A stretch of 64,000 nt of DNA from Selaginella moellendorffii (taxonomy: Eukaryota > Plantae > Lycopodiophyta), in the NCBI RefSeq assembly GCF_000143415.4, contig NW_003314273.1, positions 1,064,074 through 1,128,073 on the forward strand. Reading direction: 5' to 3'. The first letter of the stretch is position 1. The number at the start of each line of letters is the position of its first letter. The notes under the pieces are model-generated. The model searched no databases. It worked only from the letters and a program-made list of their open reading frames with translations, and had not been told where the DNA came from. Made by a program: the position numbers and the translations under genes. Shown here piece after piece: positions 48,350 to 60,191 of the stretch.

Positions 48350-51300
48350 AAATATATATGTATATTCCCTACGTCCCAATGGGACTAATACAAAAACTGG
48401 GCGTGCTGCCCTCTCAATAAGCTACTCTATGTGATCCTCTTGTGTCACAATTGGACCTAGTGCTAAAGTAGAAGTGGACATGGTCATCTCATTCGAATCA
48501 TGTTGATGTCTAAGTCTCCCTCTCAAGTTGAACATAGAATAGAGTCCAGGGGGTGCCGCTGCCAGTGAATTTCACCACCTATCATTCCACTGAAGCATGA
48601 GAGCCACCTAGACCTCCACTCCTCTAGCTGCTTCAATTTCACCCACTCTTTCAGGATGGTGTAATGAAGACGCACTACTGCAAGAGTGAATCTCCACCAT
48701 GATGCCACTACTACTGATATCTTTGCTTGTTGCCCATTGAAGTGACAATAGTTCCGTGCCTCTTAAAGTGCTTGCAATCCTGTCGCTCTCCAGATGGACC
48801 AGCGCTCATGGCCCATCGCCTCCCAAACCGATATCTTAACTTCAGCCCCTATTGCATCCCACCAGACTTGCATGTTCTATCTGTGTCATCTATGACAGCG
48901 AATGCACCTCCAAGCTAGATCAATGGCTGGACCTCTAGCTCCCTCAAACCAGTAGAGGATATTCTCCACTTTGAGCCTTGAACTTTGGAATGTCTCCTAA
49001 TTCCTGTGTTACCTTGAAGATCTATCGCTATACCTCTCTCACCACATCACATTCCCATAGTGCATGTCGTGCCGTCTCTAGCTCGCCACACTTCTTGCAT
49101 CGTCAGCATGCTTTGTCTTGGAATTGTTGTCCTACTGGCAGCCCATTATTTGCCACCAACCAAGAGGTGGGCTTGACTTTCTCCTGTACCAGTAATTTCC
49201 AAAACGCAAGTGTGTTGTCCACCACCTGATTTGCTTCAACTCTTTGCTCGATCCATTTCTTCTAGAGCTTGGGGATCTCCCCTTGGGCCTCTTCCTTGTT
49301 AGTCAAGAGACCATCTCGTGCTTCCTTGACTTCAAACAAGAAGAAGCTCCCCACTCCTCATTTCCATGCTACTGGGTCCTAATCCAGATCCTCGATGAAC
49401 TGCTGTCATCACCATTTGAGAATGCCATCCCCCTCTAGTGTGGCCATCGATTGAACCACCACCAACTGCTTCAAAGCCTATTGTACTACTCAATTTTTGC
49501 CCTTGACTTTGTTATCCATCGCCATTGGCATGACTTGTTTGTCTCCTGCTGGCAGCAGCATATTGCCTCTTATAACCCAAAAAGAATGCCTAACATTTTG
49601 TTCAGGAGACACAACGAACCACACCTCCACATCGCCATCCTCCCAAGTTGGTGTTGGGGCCGTAAATGCCTGAGTCTAGGCCCCCAAGCTGACTTGTTGT
49701 AGTGCACTTTATCTCTTTCCCTTTAAGCCAATTGGAAAAGGGGCAATTGTTTGATAAGAGAGCCCTTAGTGGCTATTTTATCCCCATTTATCCCCCAAGG
49801 TTTCAAGGATCCATGATGAGAGTATATCCAAATCTTATCCCATGATCACATGCACTACACTTGTTCCCTGTTTAGCTCCACATCCTGTTGTAAAGCCACA
49901 AAGTCTCCAAGTTTGAGACAGCGCCTAGGCCAAAGCTACCCCTTCTTTGCCTTGCTCACCACTTTGATGATGCAAAGAAGATTGAGGTGGACTTTCCTCC
50001 ACCATCCGAGGTTAAAAATCTACATATGCCTTGTAGTCTTCCTTCTATCCTTGTCCAAAACTCCCACTAGTTGCTTGAGAGTTCGGAAGCCTTGTGCCTT
50101 GTAGCTTTCTCCAGATTGTGTAGTGGTCTTCCTTGCCCAATGTCCTGTCATCCACTTTGAAAAGGTCATTGAAGAATAGGGCTGGTTTAGCTAGTCCTCT
50201 ACTCGCCCTACTGATTGGAGACTTGCTCCACAACCTGAGAAACCCTTGAACCAATGTGTTGCCCTTGACTACTTACTTTGGCTGTTCAGAAAAAAACCAA
50301 TGTGGATCCTTCTCCCATAGTCTTGTAGAGTTGAGCCTAGGCCAAATTGCCAATAAACTCTGCCTAAACATGAGTCTCCAAGGTTGGTTACCTGGTTGAA
50401 AGCCCATAAGAAGGATTTTGTACCATAGTGCCTTTGCCATGTCGCTTGGATAGATAACTCCAAGTCCTAGGACTCATGGATGTGCTGTGGATTGCCACGT
50501 GACCTTGGCCATGATCTTCCCTATGACAAGCGTGCCCCGCCACATATACTTACGAACCATCGTGCATATCTTTCTGAGAGTACATTGAAGAATAGGGCAT
50601 ATAGAGAGGTGGTACCAAATGCTAGGCAAGATGATGCTCCTGCCTACAACCACTCTTGCTGGCAAACTGAGTTTCTGAGGAGCCCACTTCTAGATTGACA
50701 TTCGTATCTTTCAGAGCAAGGTGTCATCTTGAAGTGTTGCACTAAACCGAGTACCAACCTGAATCCCCAAGCACCTAGTGTCCTCTCTTGGTTTGAGCCA
50801 TTGAAAGCCAATGTCTTGGCCTTAGGACTCGATGCCTGGCTGCCCCTAGTTGATGTCCATTGATTTGTTCCAGTTGATTGCTGTGCCAGCTGTGAGGTTG
50901 AAAGTCTCTAGCACTTTCTTCGCTGCGTGCAGGTTCTCCTTGGTTGCAAGTAGGAACAAGGCTGTGTCATCTGCAAATGCTCTATCCAGAAGTTTTGGAG
51001 TCACCCTTGCCATTCCCGAGAGTTCAGCTGGCAGGGTGAGTCCTTTGATGCACCCACCTTCTGCTAGAAATGTGCCCAAAGCCTCAGCCACAATCAGAAA
51101 AAGATAGGGCACCAGCAAACACCCTTGGTGTACCGAGCATCCCAGCTAAAAACTTGGTCCCATCTCACTGTTGATTGTGACTCTACTTGCAGCTCCATAG
51201 TATAGTAACGAAATCCTAGCAACCATCTCTCTTGGGATGCTGATTATATGCATACACTCCTCAAGGAACCTCCAGTCCACACAATCATATACCTTCTCGA

Positions 51301-51425
51301 AGTTTAGTAGCCATGCTGTAGTTTGCTGGTCAGAGATCTTTGGCCACCTCTAAGCCAGCAGGTACGTCTAGATATTTTCTGCAATTTGCCACCCTAAAAT
51401 CTGTTTGCTGTTCCTGGATGATCAG
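48350..51425 (-). mobile_element. Degenerate LINE (L1-like) retrotransposon, RT and 3' part, cut off mid-RT
   Basis: LNFEKVYDCVDWRFL, QGCLLVPYLFLIVAEAL, FADDTALFL, INWNKS, ILPSIWY; many stop codons. Left boundary approximate. Confidence 0.88.
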
Positions 51426-53700
51426 TGTGTGAGACACAAATCCCAAAGCCCCAAAAAGTGGAGTTGAAAGGGTGCCACATGGTAGTGGCCAAAGCAAAAA
51501 CCAAATGGAAGTAACACATTTGGACTAAAAGCTCCGACTTGGATAGTCGAGAGTGGGAGTGGAATTCCTAACAAAGCGCTTGAGGAATGAGCACGAAGCA
51601 AGTAATAAGTGAGTCTTTAGAAAAGGAGACACAAGAGGATCAATACATGACACATAGAGGAGTCCGAGATGGACTCGAGATGGAGTCTGAGATGTGGAGT
51701 TTGGCTCCAAATTCAAGTGCGCTACATTTTGGATCAGAGGAATTGTCTCAGCGATTTCTATCCAACTTTTGTCAGGTTTTCTGACTCAAGGTGCATATGC
51801 AGAGACTCTTCTAGTAGATCTGAAGTGACCTGTGTAGGATTAGTGGGATTGCACCATTCGGTAAGAACATTGTATGCATGTTTAGTTATTGATAGAGGCA
51901 TGCATGCAACTAGCGGGACAGTGAAAAGGAACCTTACTAATGACGCTGAAACCTTTAGACGGGAAAATCAAGAGGAGGAAACTCCTGCTAGAGATGCTAC
52001 GGAAGAGGCTAAGGCTGAGTCAGAAGAGGAAGAGCCAGATACTACAGGGCTGCAGCGTATGGCTTAGGAAGTCAAGATCAAGAATTTGCGAATGGAGATT
52101 CGCAAATTGAAGGAGAACAAGAAGAGGAAGAAAGAAGCTAAGGTAGCTGAACCAGCTAAACCTAAACAATTGGACTCCTCTTCAAGTTCTGAGGATGATG
52201 AAGTTCTGCAACCATCTCCAGTTGCACGAGTTTCAAAGTTCAAGCCTCTAAAACCACCCAACTTCAAAGGCATGCGGGACTATCAAGTTTTGGAAGATTG
52301 GGTCTACGATATGGAAAACTATTTTATAGCGGCAGACATAGATAATCATACGAAAGTTGTGTGCGCGCAATCCTTTCTCACTGATCATCCCAAAACTTGG
52401 GGGCGCCAAGTGTGTGTTGAAAAAGGGCAGACTAGAAGTTGGACCAAGATGCGGTCTCATATCCATAAGGAATACTTGCTGGACGATCTTGGTCTGAGAC
52501 TTTGTGCGGAGCTGCGGCGGTTAAAGCAGCGAGGGGACCTCATGCATTATGTTAATGCATTTGCTCAGAAGCGCATTATGATTGCAAATATGAGTGACGA
52601 AGATGCTCAGAGTTATTTCCTGGAGGGTTTAAGTTCACTTTCTCTTAATGGCATTTTGAAGTTTAAACCAAAGGCGTACCTAGAGTGTAAGGAGGCAGCA
52701 CAGCAAGTTGCCTTTAGTCACTCACTCATAGAACAATATGAGCAGCCGTATGCTGGTACCTCAAACAAGATTAAGAATTCTGGGAATAAACAAGATGATT
52801 GGAAATAGAGGGTGGAAAGTAGGTTCTGCCCTGAAGGCTCACAAGCAACGGTTAACAAAGGTGATAGTGGTTGGAAACCACTAGTAGCTTCTTCTGGTCC
52901 TAGGCCCTCTATTCCTCCTCCTAGTAGGTACAAGCAGTAACAACCTATAAAACCTACTCCTAGTGGAATGGGTAGTGTGGGTCATTGCTTCCATTGTGGA
53001 GAGTCAAGACATAGGTTCCCAACAAGCATAAGATAAGGTCTCGTGTTAATGTCACAAGGGAAGATGGTGGTGGTGAAGTTGAAGGGGTTGACAAGTTGGT
53101 CAATGCAGACTATGAGGAAGAGAAGGTGAGTTACTTTCGTTGCTTTTCTCAAGTTTTTCTCGTAATCAATGCAAACACTGATTTGTTGATGTATTTGGTA
53201 GGCTTTGTCTGCTAACACCGAATCCGAGTGATGATTGACATGGGAGTTACGCACAGCATGATATCCAAAGACTTAGTTAAGTTGTTAGGATTGAATACTA
53301 AGCAAATGTCGCCTATGCATTTTTGGTTTGCAAAAGGTGGGTAAGTAGCCAAAAAATTTATGAGTGATGTTCCAATAAAAATATCCAAGAGAAAAGAAAG
53401 AGTGGATTTGGTAGTGTTGAAGATACCAGATTTTCGGATGGTGTTCGGTATGGACTTCTTCAACAAGTACATAAAAGGGATTTATGGTGCTAGATAAAGT
53501 CATATCACGTTGAAGTGAGAAGGACATGCTGATGTGTCCTTTCAGTTGCAAAAGTGCTCCTCAAAGGATTGGGATGCTAAATTCCTAACTGTGAGAGCTG
53601 CACAAAAAGTAGTTAAGAATGGATGTTAGACCTTTTGGATTCAAGGGATGGAAGCTAAGGGTGTTGGTGACTTAGCTCAAATTGGCGATGGGGTTGATCC
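51426..53700 (+). mobile_element. Ty3/gypsy fragment: gag, zinc knuckle and protease
   Basis: ORF 52086-52808 KPPNFKG...EDWVYDMENYF...LKQRG..YVNAF...FLEGL; CFHCGESRH knuckle at ~52986; IDMGVTHSMIS protease remnant at ~53235. Confidence 0.82.
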
Positions 53701-53879
53701 TGTGGGCATGGCCAACCAACTTGAGGCATAGTTTAGCTCCCGCTTGCATGCCTGTCCTTGTTTTGCATCTAACTTGGGTTTAAGCCCAAGTTCCATTCCA
53801 TGCTAGCTGGTTCTGTCACTCCTTGGCTTCATGCTTGGGAGTTTGGCACCGTTCCTTCGTTCAGTGGCCCAAGGCCCTA

Positions 53880-54016
53880 AACCTTGGGTTCTGCACCACT
53901 GTCCCTTGGACACGTGGCATATGTCATGTGGCATAAAGGGGGTTTAGGTTCCGCTTCGTGGTGTTATCATATGGTAAATTACCATAGGATAAATGGTCAA
54001 AACCACGTGTGCTACA
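53880..54016 (+). repeat. 3' end of an LTR (copy 1), abutting integrase of the minus-strand element
   Basis: Aligns with 60030-60178 (ccttgggtt...gttccgcttcgtggtgttatc...ggtcaaaaccacgtgtgctaCA). Confidence 0.8.
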
Positions 54017-57000
54017 CCATTGCACTTAGGGTAATAGCTGCTGCTCTTCATGTGCTTGACCTGTAGTTGCTGGAGAAGATGCTGCATCACCTGTCCAAGG
54101 AAGCCGCTGCCACGATCGGAAACCAAAACAGTAGGAACTCCAAATCGACAAATGATGCACTCGTAGACAAACTTTGTTGTAGACTGTTGACTTGCCTATC
54201 GCAAAGGGGTGGCCTCAACCCATTTTGTGAAATAGTCCATTGCCACGATGATGTATCGCTGTCCTTTTGAGCTCAAAGGGTTGATTGGGCCAACGAAGTC
54301 AAGTCCCCACTAGAAAAAGGGACCCGGAGAAGTGGGGACTTGATTGGAAAGGAAGACGTGGAACATGGCTTCGAGGGTTGAACCGTTGGCACTGCTCATA
54401 TGCCTTTGCATAGGCCAAGTTGTCTTGGTGAATCCGAGGCCAAAAGTAGCCATGGCACAAGAGGAGCTGTGCTGTGACCCATCCTGAGAAATGGCCCACA
54501 CAAGAGTGGAAAGCGTGAAGGAGCTCAGGGACCTCATATTCCCCCACACACCGCAACAAAACTTCCAAAGAAGTCCTCTTGTAAAGGTGTCTGTCGAGAA
54601 GGCAAAACCCTCATGCTTGGATCTCCAATGCCTTTCGTTGTACTGGTGAGGAATCTACTGGGAACTGACCTGAATCTAGGTACATTGCAATGTCCTGTAA
54701 TGCTGCTGGGACTACAAAGGAAGTAACTTCAACAACCAGGAACTCACTCGGATCCATCACACGCTTGTGCCGCATGTAAAAAGTTGGCTGGAACTCTTGG
54801 ATGGTCACAATCCAAGATAAAGTACGAGGACTGTGAACTGGTAACTGTAAAAGAAAGGTCAACACATTAAAATAGACGTGGAAATGGATACGGGCTCTAG
54901 CGAGAAAGTGGCGAAATCGCTCCAAGGTGTAAACAACAGCCACTGCTTCTTTTTCCGCATCCACGTACTTCTTCTTAGTCTCCTTGAACAAATGTGATGC
55001 ATAGTATGTTGCATGTGGTGGCTTGCCAGGCTGTGAACATTGGCAAAGGCATATTCCAAAAGCCTCTGTACCCGTTGTGATGTAAATGTCAAAAGGAAGT
55101 TGTCATTCTGGTGGTTGGAGTACTGGGGCTGTGCGGAGTGACTGGTTCAGTGATTCAAAGGCTTGTTGTTGGGACTCACCCCAGACAAATGGAATGTTAT
55201 GTTGTAGCAGAGCTATCAGAGGCTGTGAATGTGCAGCATAGTTGTGGAGGAAATGGCGAAAGAAACCTCTTTGCCCGAGGAAGCTATGAAGCTACTTCAA
55301 GTTGGTTGGTGCGTTCCGATCCAGAATCTCCTAAGCTTTGGCTACCTAGGGTTTGATCCCATCCTGCAAGACATCAAAGCCTAGTAACCGGCCTTCAGTC
55401 CACTTTGCCGGGTTCAATGAAAACCTGTGTTGTCGGCAGCGGGTGAAGATCTATTCCAAGTGCACAAGGTGATCCTCAATAGAGTCAAAGGTCATGCACA
55501 GATCAACAAGTCATGAAAGGCGTGGGTTATACAGTGCTGAAAAGTAGCTCTAGCTTTACACAAGCCAAATGGAAGGACGTTGAAAGCAAAGATGCCCCAA
55601 GTTGTCCGGAAGGCCATAAGATCTCGATGATCCGGATGAATGAAGATCTGGTTGTACCCTGAAAAGCCATCTATGAAAGAGTTGTACTGGTGTCCAGCCA
55701 TCTCATCCACAATCGCATCGATAAATGGAGTTGGAAAGTGATCCTTCGCAGTTGCCTTGTTCAAGTCTCAAAAATCAACACAGAGGCGGAGTTTTCCATT
55801 TGCCTTGCGTACAGGGACGAGATTGGCCACCCACTCTGAGCTCTCCAGAGGGTAAATAAAGCAGGCTGCCAGAAGTCACTCAATCTCCAACTTCAACTCT
55901 GAGTGAGCTGTCGGACTGAAATGCCGCATCTTTTGATAGACTGGTTTGGCAGTCTCTAAAAGCACAATACTATGCATGATTGTGTCCATGGGAACTCCTG
56001 GAAGCTGGCTGTAGTCCCAAGCAAACACGTCCTTGAAACTGTGGAGGAGATCCAAGAGCTTTGCTGTGTTTGTTGAAGCAAGGGATGTGGCAATAAAGAC
56101 TAGGTCCTTGTCATCACCTAGGAAAACAGCCTGAACCCTGGATTCTGGAGAAACCTTGAGCTCAAAGGGCTCATCTATCTCCAATTCCTCCCTGACCTTA
56201 GAAACTAAAGAGCAGGGAGTGCCTTTTGCTTCTCACATCATGGTGATTGCTTGATGTGATAACCTATCCGCCCAAAAGTTCTCTTCACGAGGGACACTTT
56301 GAAATGTCACTTGAGAGAACTCATCCTTCAGGTTTACCGCCCGCTGCCATAGCTCTTTCAAATTCTCTTTGTGGACTTGGTATTTTCTAGTAAGTTGGCA
56401 TATGATGAGTTGTGCATCTCCAATGAAAGTGACTCGCCTAAACTTGAGATCTGTGGCCAACTTCATGGCACTGATGGCTGCCAAGCACTCTACTTCATTA
56501 GCTGATGTTGCTGGCAAAGTGATAGAGAGGTTGGCTACTTTGTTCTCTGCCAAATCAATCATCCAAACTCCAATGCCAGCAACCTAGTTTTTGGGGCAGA
56601 AGGCACCATCAAAATAAGCTGTAATCATAGGAGTGTCCTCTTCCTCAAATAAAGATCCTGAGGACACCACATCCGGCAAGACTGTCTCTGGCAAGTCTGG
56701 TAAGAATGTTGCTGTTGGATCCGGAGTCTTTGTCTATTGTTCTCTTTGCTTCTGATGCTCTGAGTGCTCAATGTCCAATGCAAGGACTGTAGCCAAGTAC
56801 TCCGCAAGTGAAGGAAGATCCTCCACCGAAGTCCAGTCCAAGTCTGGTGCTAAAGTTTTAGTGTAATACCCTTGGATCTGTACCGGGGGCTCTATGGTAG
56901 GAAATTCTGAACTCAAAGAGCTATAACTCGCATGTAGCATGTCCGATTTTCTTGACTCTTCCTGCCAGTTGTGTGACTGGATGTCATCTTCCGTCTCCAA

Positions 57001-57690
57001 AAAACAGCATGACAAAATATGCTCAAAGTCGTCAGCTACTGCGATTTTAGTAAGAAGATGTTGGCTGTGTGACACCTCAGATAGTTGCTGAGGAGGATTG
57101 AGTTCGGCTGTGTCTTGCGAAAGATGGACCTAGTCTAGAGTGACTGTGTCATCTAGCTCCATAAGAGAAAGTCAATCCCATGTAAGAAACGAGTCGAGAA
57201 ACCCTTCCTCTATCAAGAAACACTCTGAAAAGCTGGATATGGGAGCCCATACTTTATAAGCCCCGTCATCAAATAAAGAGGGCTTGTCTAGAGGCTTGGC
57301 TTTACTCTCAAATAAAGAGAGTGAAGCTGAGAGATGTCTCAGGCTACCTGACTCACCTCCAACCATGTCAATTGCATTGCATGAGAAAGCATCTGTCATA
57401 TAGATGGTCGACGCCACCACCAACTCAGGAAAAACCTCTGTGAGCTCAGGAGGAAAGTATGGTGTGGAGGCCATCTTAGTCCGAGCTTGTTGGGCTTGCT
57501 GAGAAAGAGCTCTACCGTGGTTGTTGAGAAAGGTGGCGCTGTGGGTTCCATCGCTAATTTCCATCTTGCCTTGTGCACTGTCAATGGTGCAATGGGTTGT
57601 GACTTGCCATCAACGGCCAAGGATGATAGAGTCCTTCAAAGTGGACGTTCCAAGACATTGGTAGTCAACCACGAGGAAATCCACCTCAAA
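54017..57690 (-). mobile_element. Ty3/gypsy Tat-type element, domain order PR-aRH-RT-RH-INT, decayed
   Basis: Extra archaeal-type RNase H (YFDGA...NEVECLA...IGDAQLII...VPREENFWAD.L, 56233-56620), DVFAWDY, LNKATAKDHFPTPFID...DGFSGYNQI, EKEAVAVVY, GHF...GYFWP...CQR, VSDRGS...SSYYPKCNG. Confidence 0.88.
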
Positions 57691-57749
57691 AATAACACCC
57701 TGCACAAACCTTGACACCACAGCAAATTCCTACTAGAGGAACAGTGTGG

Positions 57750-59720
57750 TTTGCGAATGTCTTGAGCACGATGGAGGAGCTCTCAGTGATCTGTAACTGT
57801 GTTGAAAGGGCAGCTTTGAGAGAGATAATGTTGTTCATATGTGGAATAGCATTGCTCCGTGGAATTCAAAGTTCAACTTTCATATGCAATAGGCTGTCCC
57901 TCTTGTATGAGAACTCCTCCCAATGCATAAATACTCGCATCGCATGTCACCTCATAAGGTTTCGAGGGATCGGCAATGAGAAGCACTAGAGTCTCACTCA
58001 CTTTAGTGCCACAAAACTCTCATCTTGTGGCTTCTTCCACTCGAATGGCACATTCTTGCGTAACAACTGCGTCAAAGGAATGGCCACCTCTGCAAACATA
58101 TGCTGGAAATGTCGGTAGTAACTAGCCATACCAAGAAAACTGCGCAACTCGGCCACTGTAGTCGGTGTAGGCCAGTTTTCCACCACAACCACCTTCCTTG
58201 CATCCGTCTTGACACCCTTAGATGTCACAATATGGCCTAGATATTCCACCTCCGACTTTGCAAATTCACATTTGCTCTTCTTCGCATAAAGTTTGTTGTC
58301 TCGGAGTAACAAAAGAACCTTGCGCAAATGCACCTTATGCTCCTCCATATTCTTGCTAAAAACAAGAATATCGTCCAGGAAAATCTCCACAAACTCATGA
58401 AGATAACGCCTAAATACCTTCGTCATGAACTAAGTAAATGTGGCTCGTGCATTCGTCAAACCAAATGGTATAATTGTAAACTCAAAATGTCCGAAGCTTA
58501 TGTTGAATGCTGTCCTAGAGATAGATGCATCATCCATAGCAATCTGATGATATCCACTCCTCAGATCAATCTTGGTAAACATTCATGCTTCACTAACCTT
58601 GTCTAGGATATCATCCACACATGGCATTGGCATCTTATCCTTGACTGTCTTCTTGTTCAAAGCGCGGTAGTCAATACACATGTGCATTGAACCATCCTTC
58701 TTCTTCACAAGCAAGACCGGAGCACCAAATAGAGACATACTTGGTTGAATAAATCCAAACTCAAGTAACTCCTTGACTTGTGGTTGAACTTCTTGCTTCT
58801 CCGCATAACTTAACCGAAATGGACGCCAGTAAATTGGCCACGTCCCTGGCTCCAATGTAATCCCATGCTCCACACCTTGTAACGGAGGCAATCCATGAGG
58901 AAGTTCAGATGGAAAAACATCAGAAAACTCATCAAGTACATCCCGTACTGCTGCTTCTCCCCCACACGTGCCTTGGTCCCCCAAGTCACAAACAAACAGC
59001 AAGTAACTCGAAAGTGCTTTTCCATTACGACAAGCCCGCTTCAAAGATGTAGCAAAGAGCATAACAATTGATGGATGAACGCCCTCACCAAACCACACAT
59101 CTTTAATGCCACCATACTCCAGCAAAATACGCTTAATACTCCATTTTATTTCTAGATCCACCTTCAACAACCATAGCATCCCAAGAATGAGATCCACACG
59201 ATGGATATCCGTGAGATAAAAAGTCTCCACAAGTGTGGTTTTGCCAACTAACACTTCCAGCCTCTCGACCCAAGCATCAAAATGCTGAGCAAAGGTAGCT
59301 GCACCTTTCACTGTGTATGGAAGAACTCCGCGTGTGACCAAGCCATGCTCTGCAACAAACTTTGCCGAAACAAAGTTGTCATCGCTCCTACTATCCAGTA
59401 AAATCCGCACTAGATCGGCATGGAACACGCCCTCCAGCATTAAAGCTGATTCACGCGTATCCTTGAGCTCCATTTTGTTTCACACATAGTTGAGCTGACG
59501 AGCAACGATCGAAAGTCTCTTCCTCCAACTGGAATGGTTGTTTTCGTCATCCTCACACTACAAAGTTTGCAAATTTTTAGTATCTAACTTACCGTGAGAA
59601 GAAGATTGCCCATTCTTCTTGTCCTATTGCTTGTTCTTCAACTGCAGACAATTAGCCTTGTAGTGTCCAAATTCGCCGCAATGATAATGTCGCGAATGTG
59701 ACTTTGGGTATCGAAAGTTA
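57750..59720 (-). mobile_element. Ty3/gypsy (chromovirus-like) gag-end/protease/RT/RNase H fragment
   Basis: HCGEFGHYKANC knuckle, [75 protein letters not shown]. Confidence 0.9.
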
Positions 59721-60029
59721 CCTGTCGACTAGTCCTTACAGACACTCTTACCTTACTGCCACGACAGCAAGATGTCGGTATTGTTGGACCCGTTATTAGT
59801 CTCCACCTAAGCTAGTTGAGAAACTGGTCATCACATGTGCACTTAGACCGGAAGGGTACTAAAGAAGGAAATCCTAAGTTGTCATTTAGTCAAGCAGACT
59901 TGACACGGTGATGAGAAACTCATGATGTTGGCTTGCACCTGCTAGTGTTAGGAACCCCTGCGATATTGAGCTTGGTCCCTCAATATCGCTAGATGATAGC
60001 TTACCGTGTCTACCAAACACCTCGGGTTC

Positions 60030-60191
60030 CCTTGGGTTCCACACCGTGTTCCTTTGGACATGTGGCATGTGACACATGGCATCTGTCATGTGGCACAAAG
60101 AGGGTTTAAGTTCCGCTTCGTGGTGTTATCCTATAGTAAATCACCGTAGGATAAAGGGTCAAAACCACGTGTGCTACATTTGGTATCAGAG
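60030..60191 (+). mobile_element. 3' end of a 5' LTR (copy 2) followed by an initiator-tRNA-Met primer binding site
   Basis: ...gtgtgctaCA (60178), then tt, then TGGTATCAGAG (60181-60191), the canonical plant tRNAiMet PBS. Confidence 0.85.
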
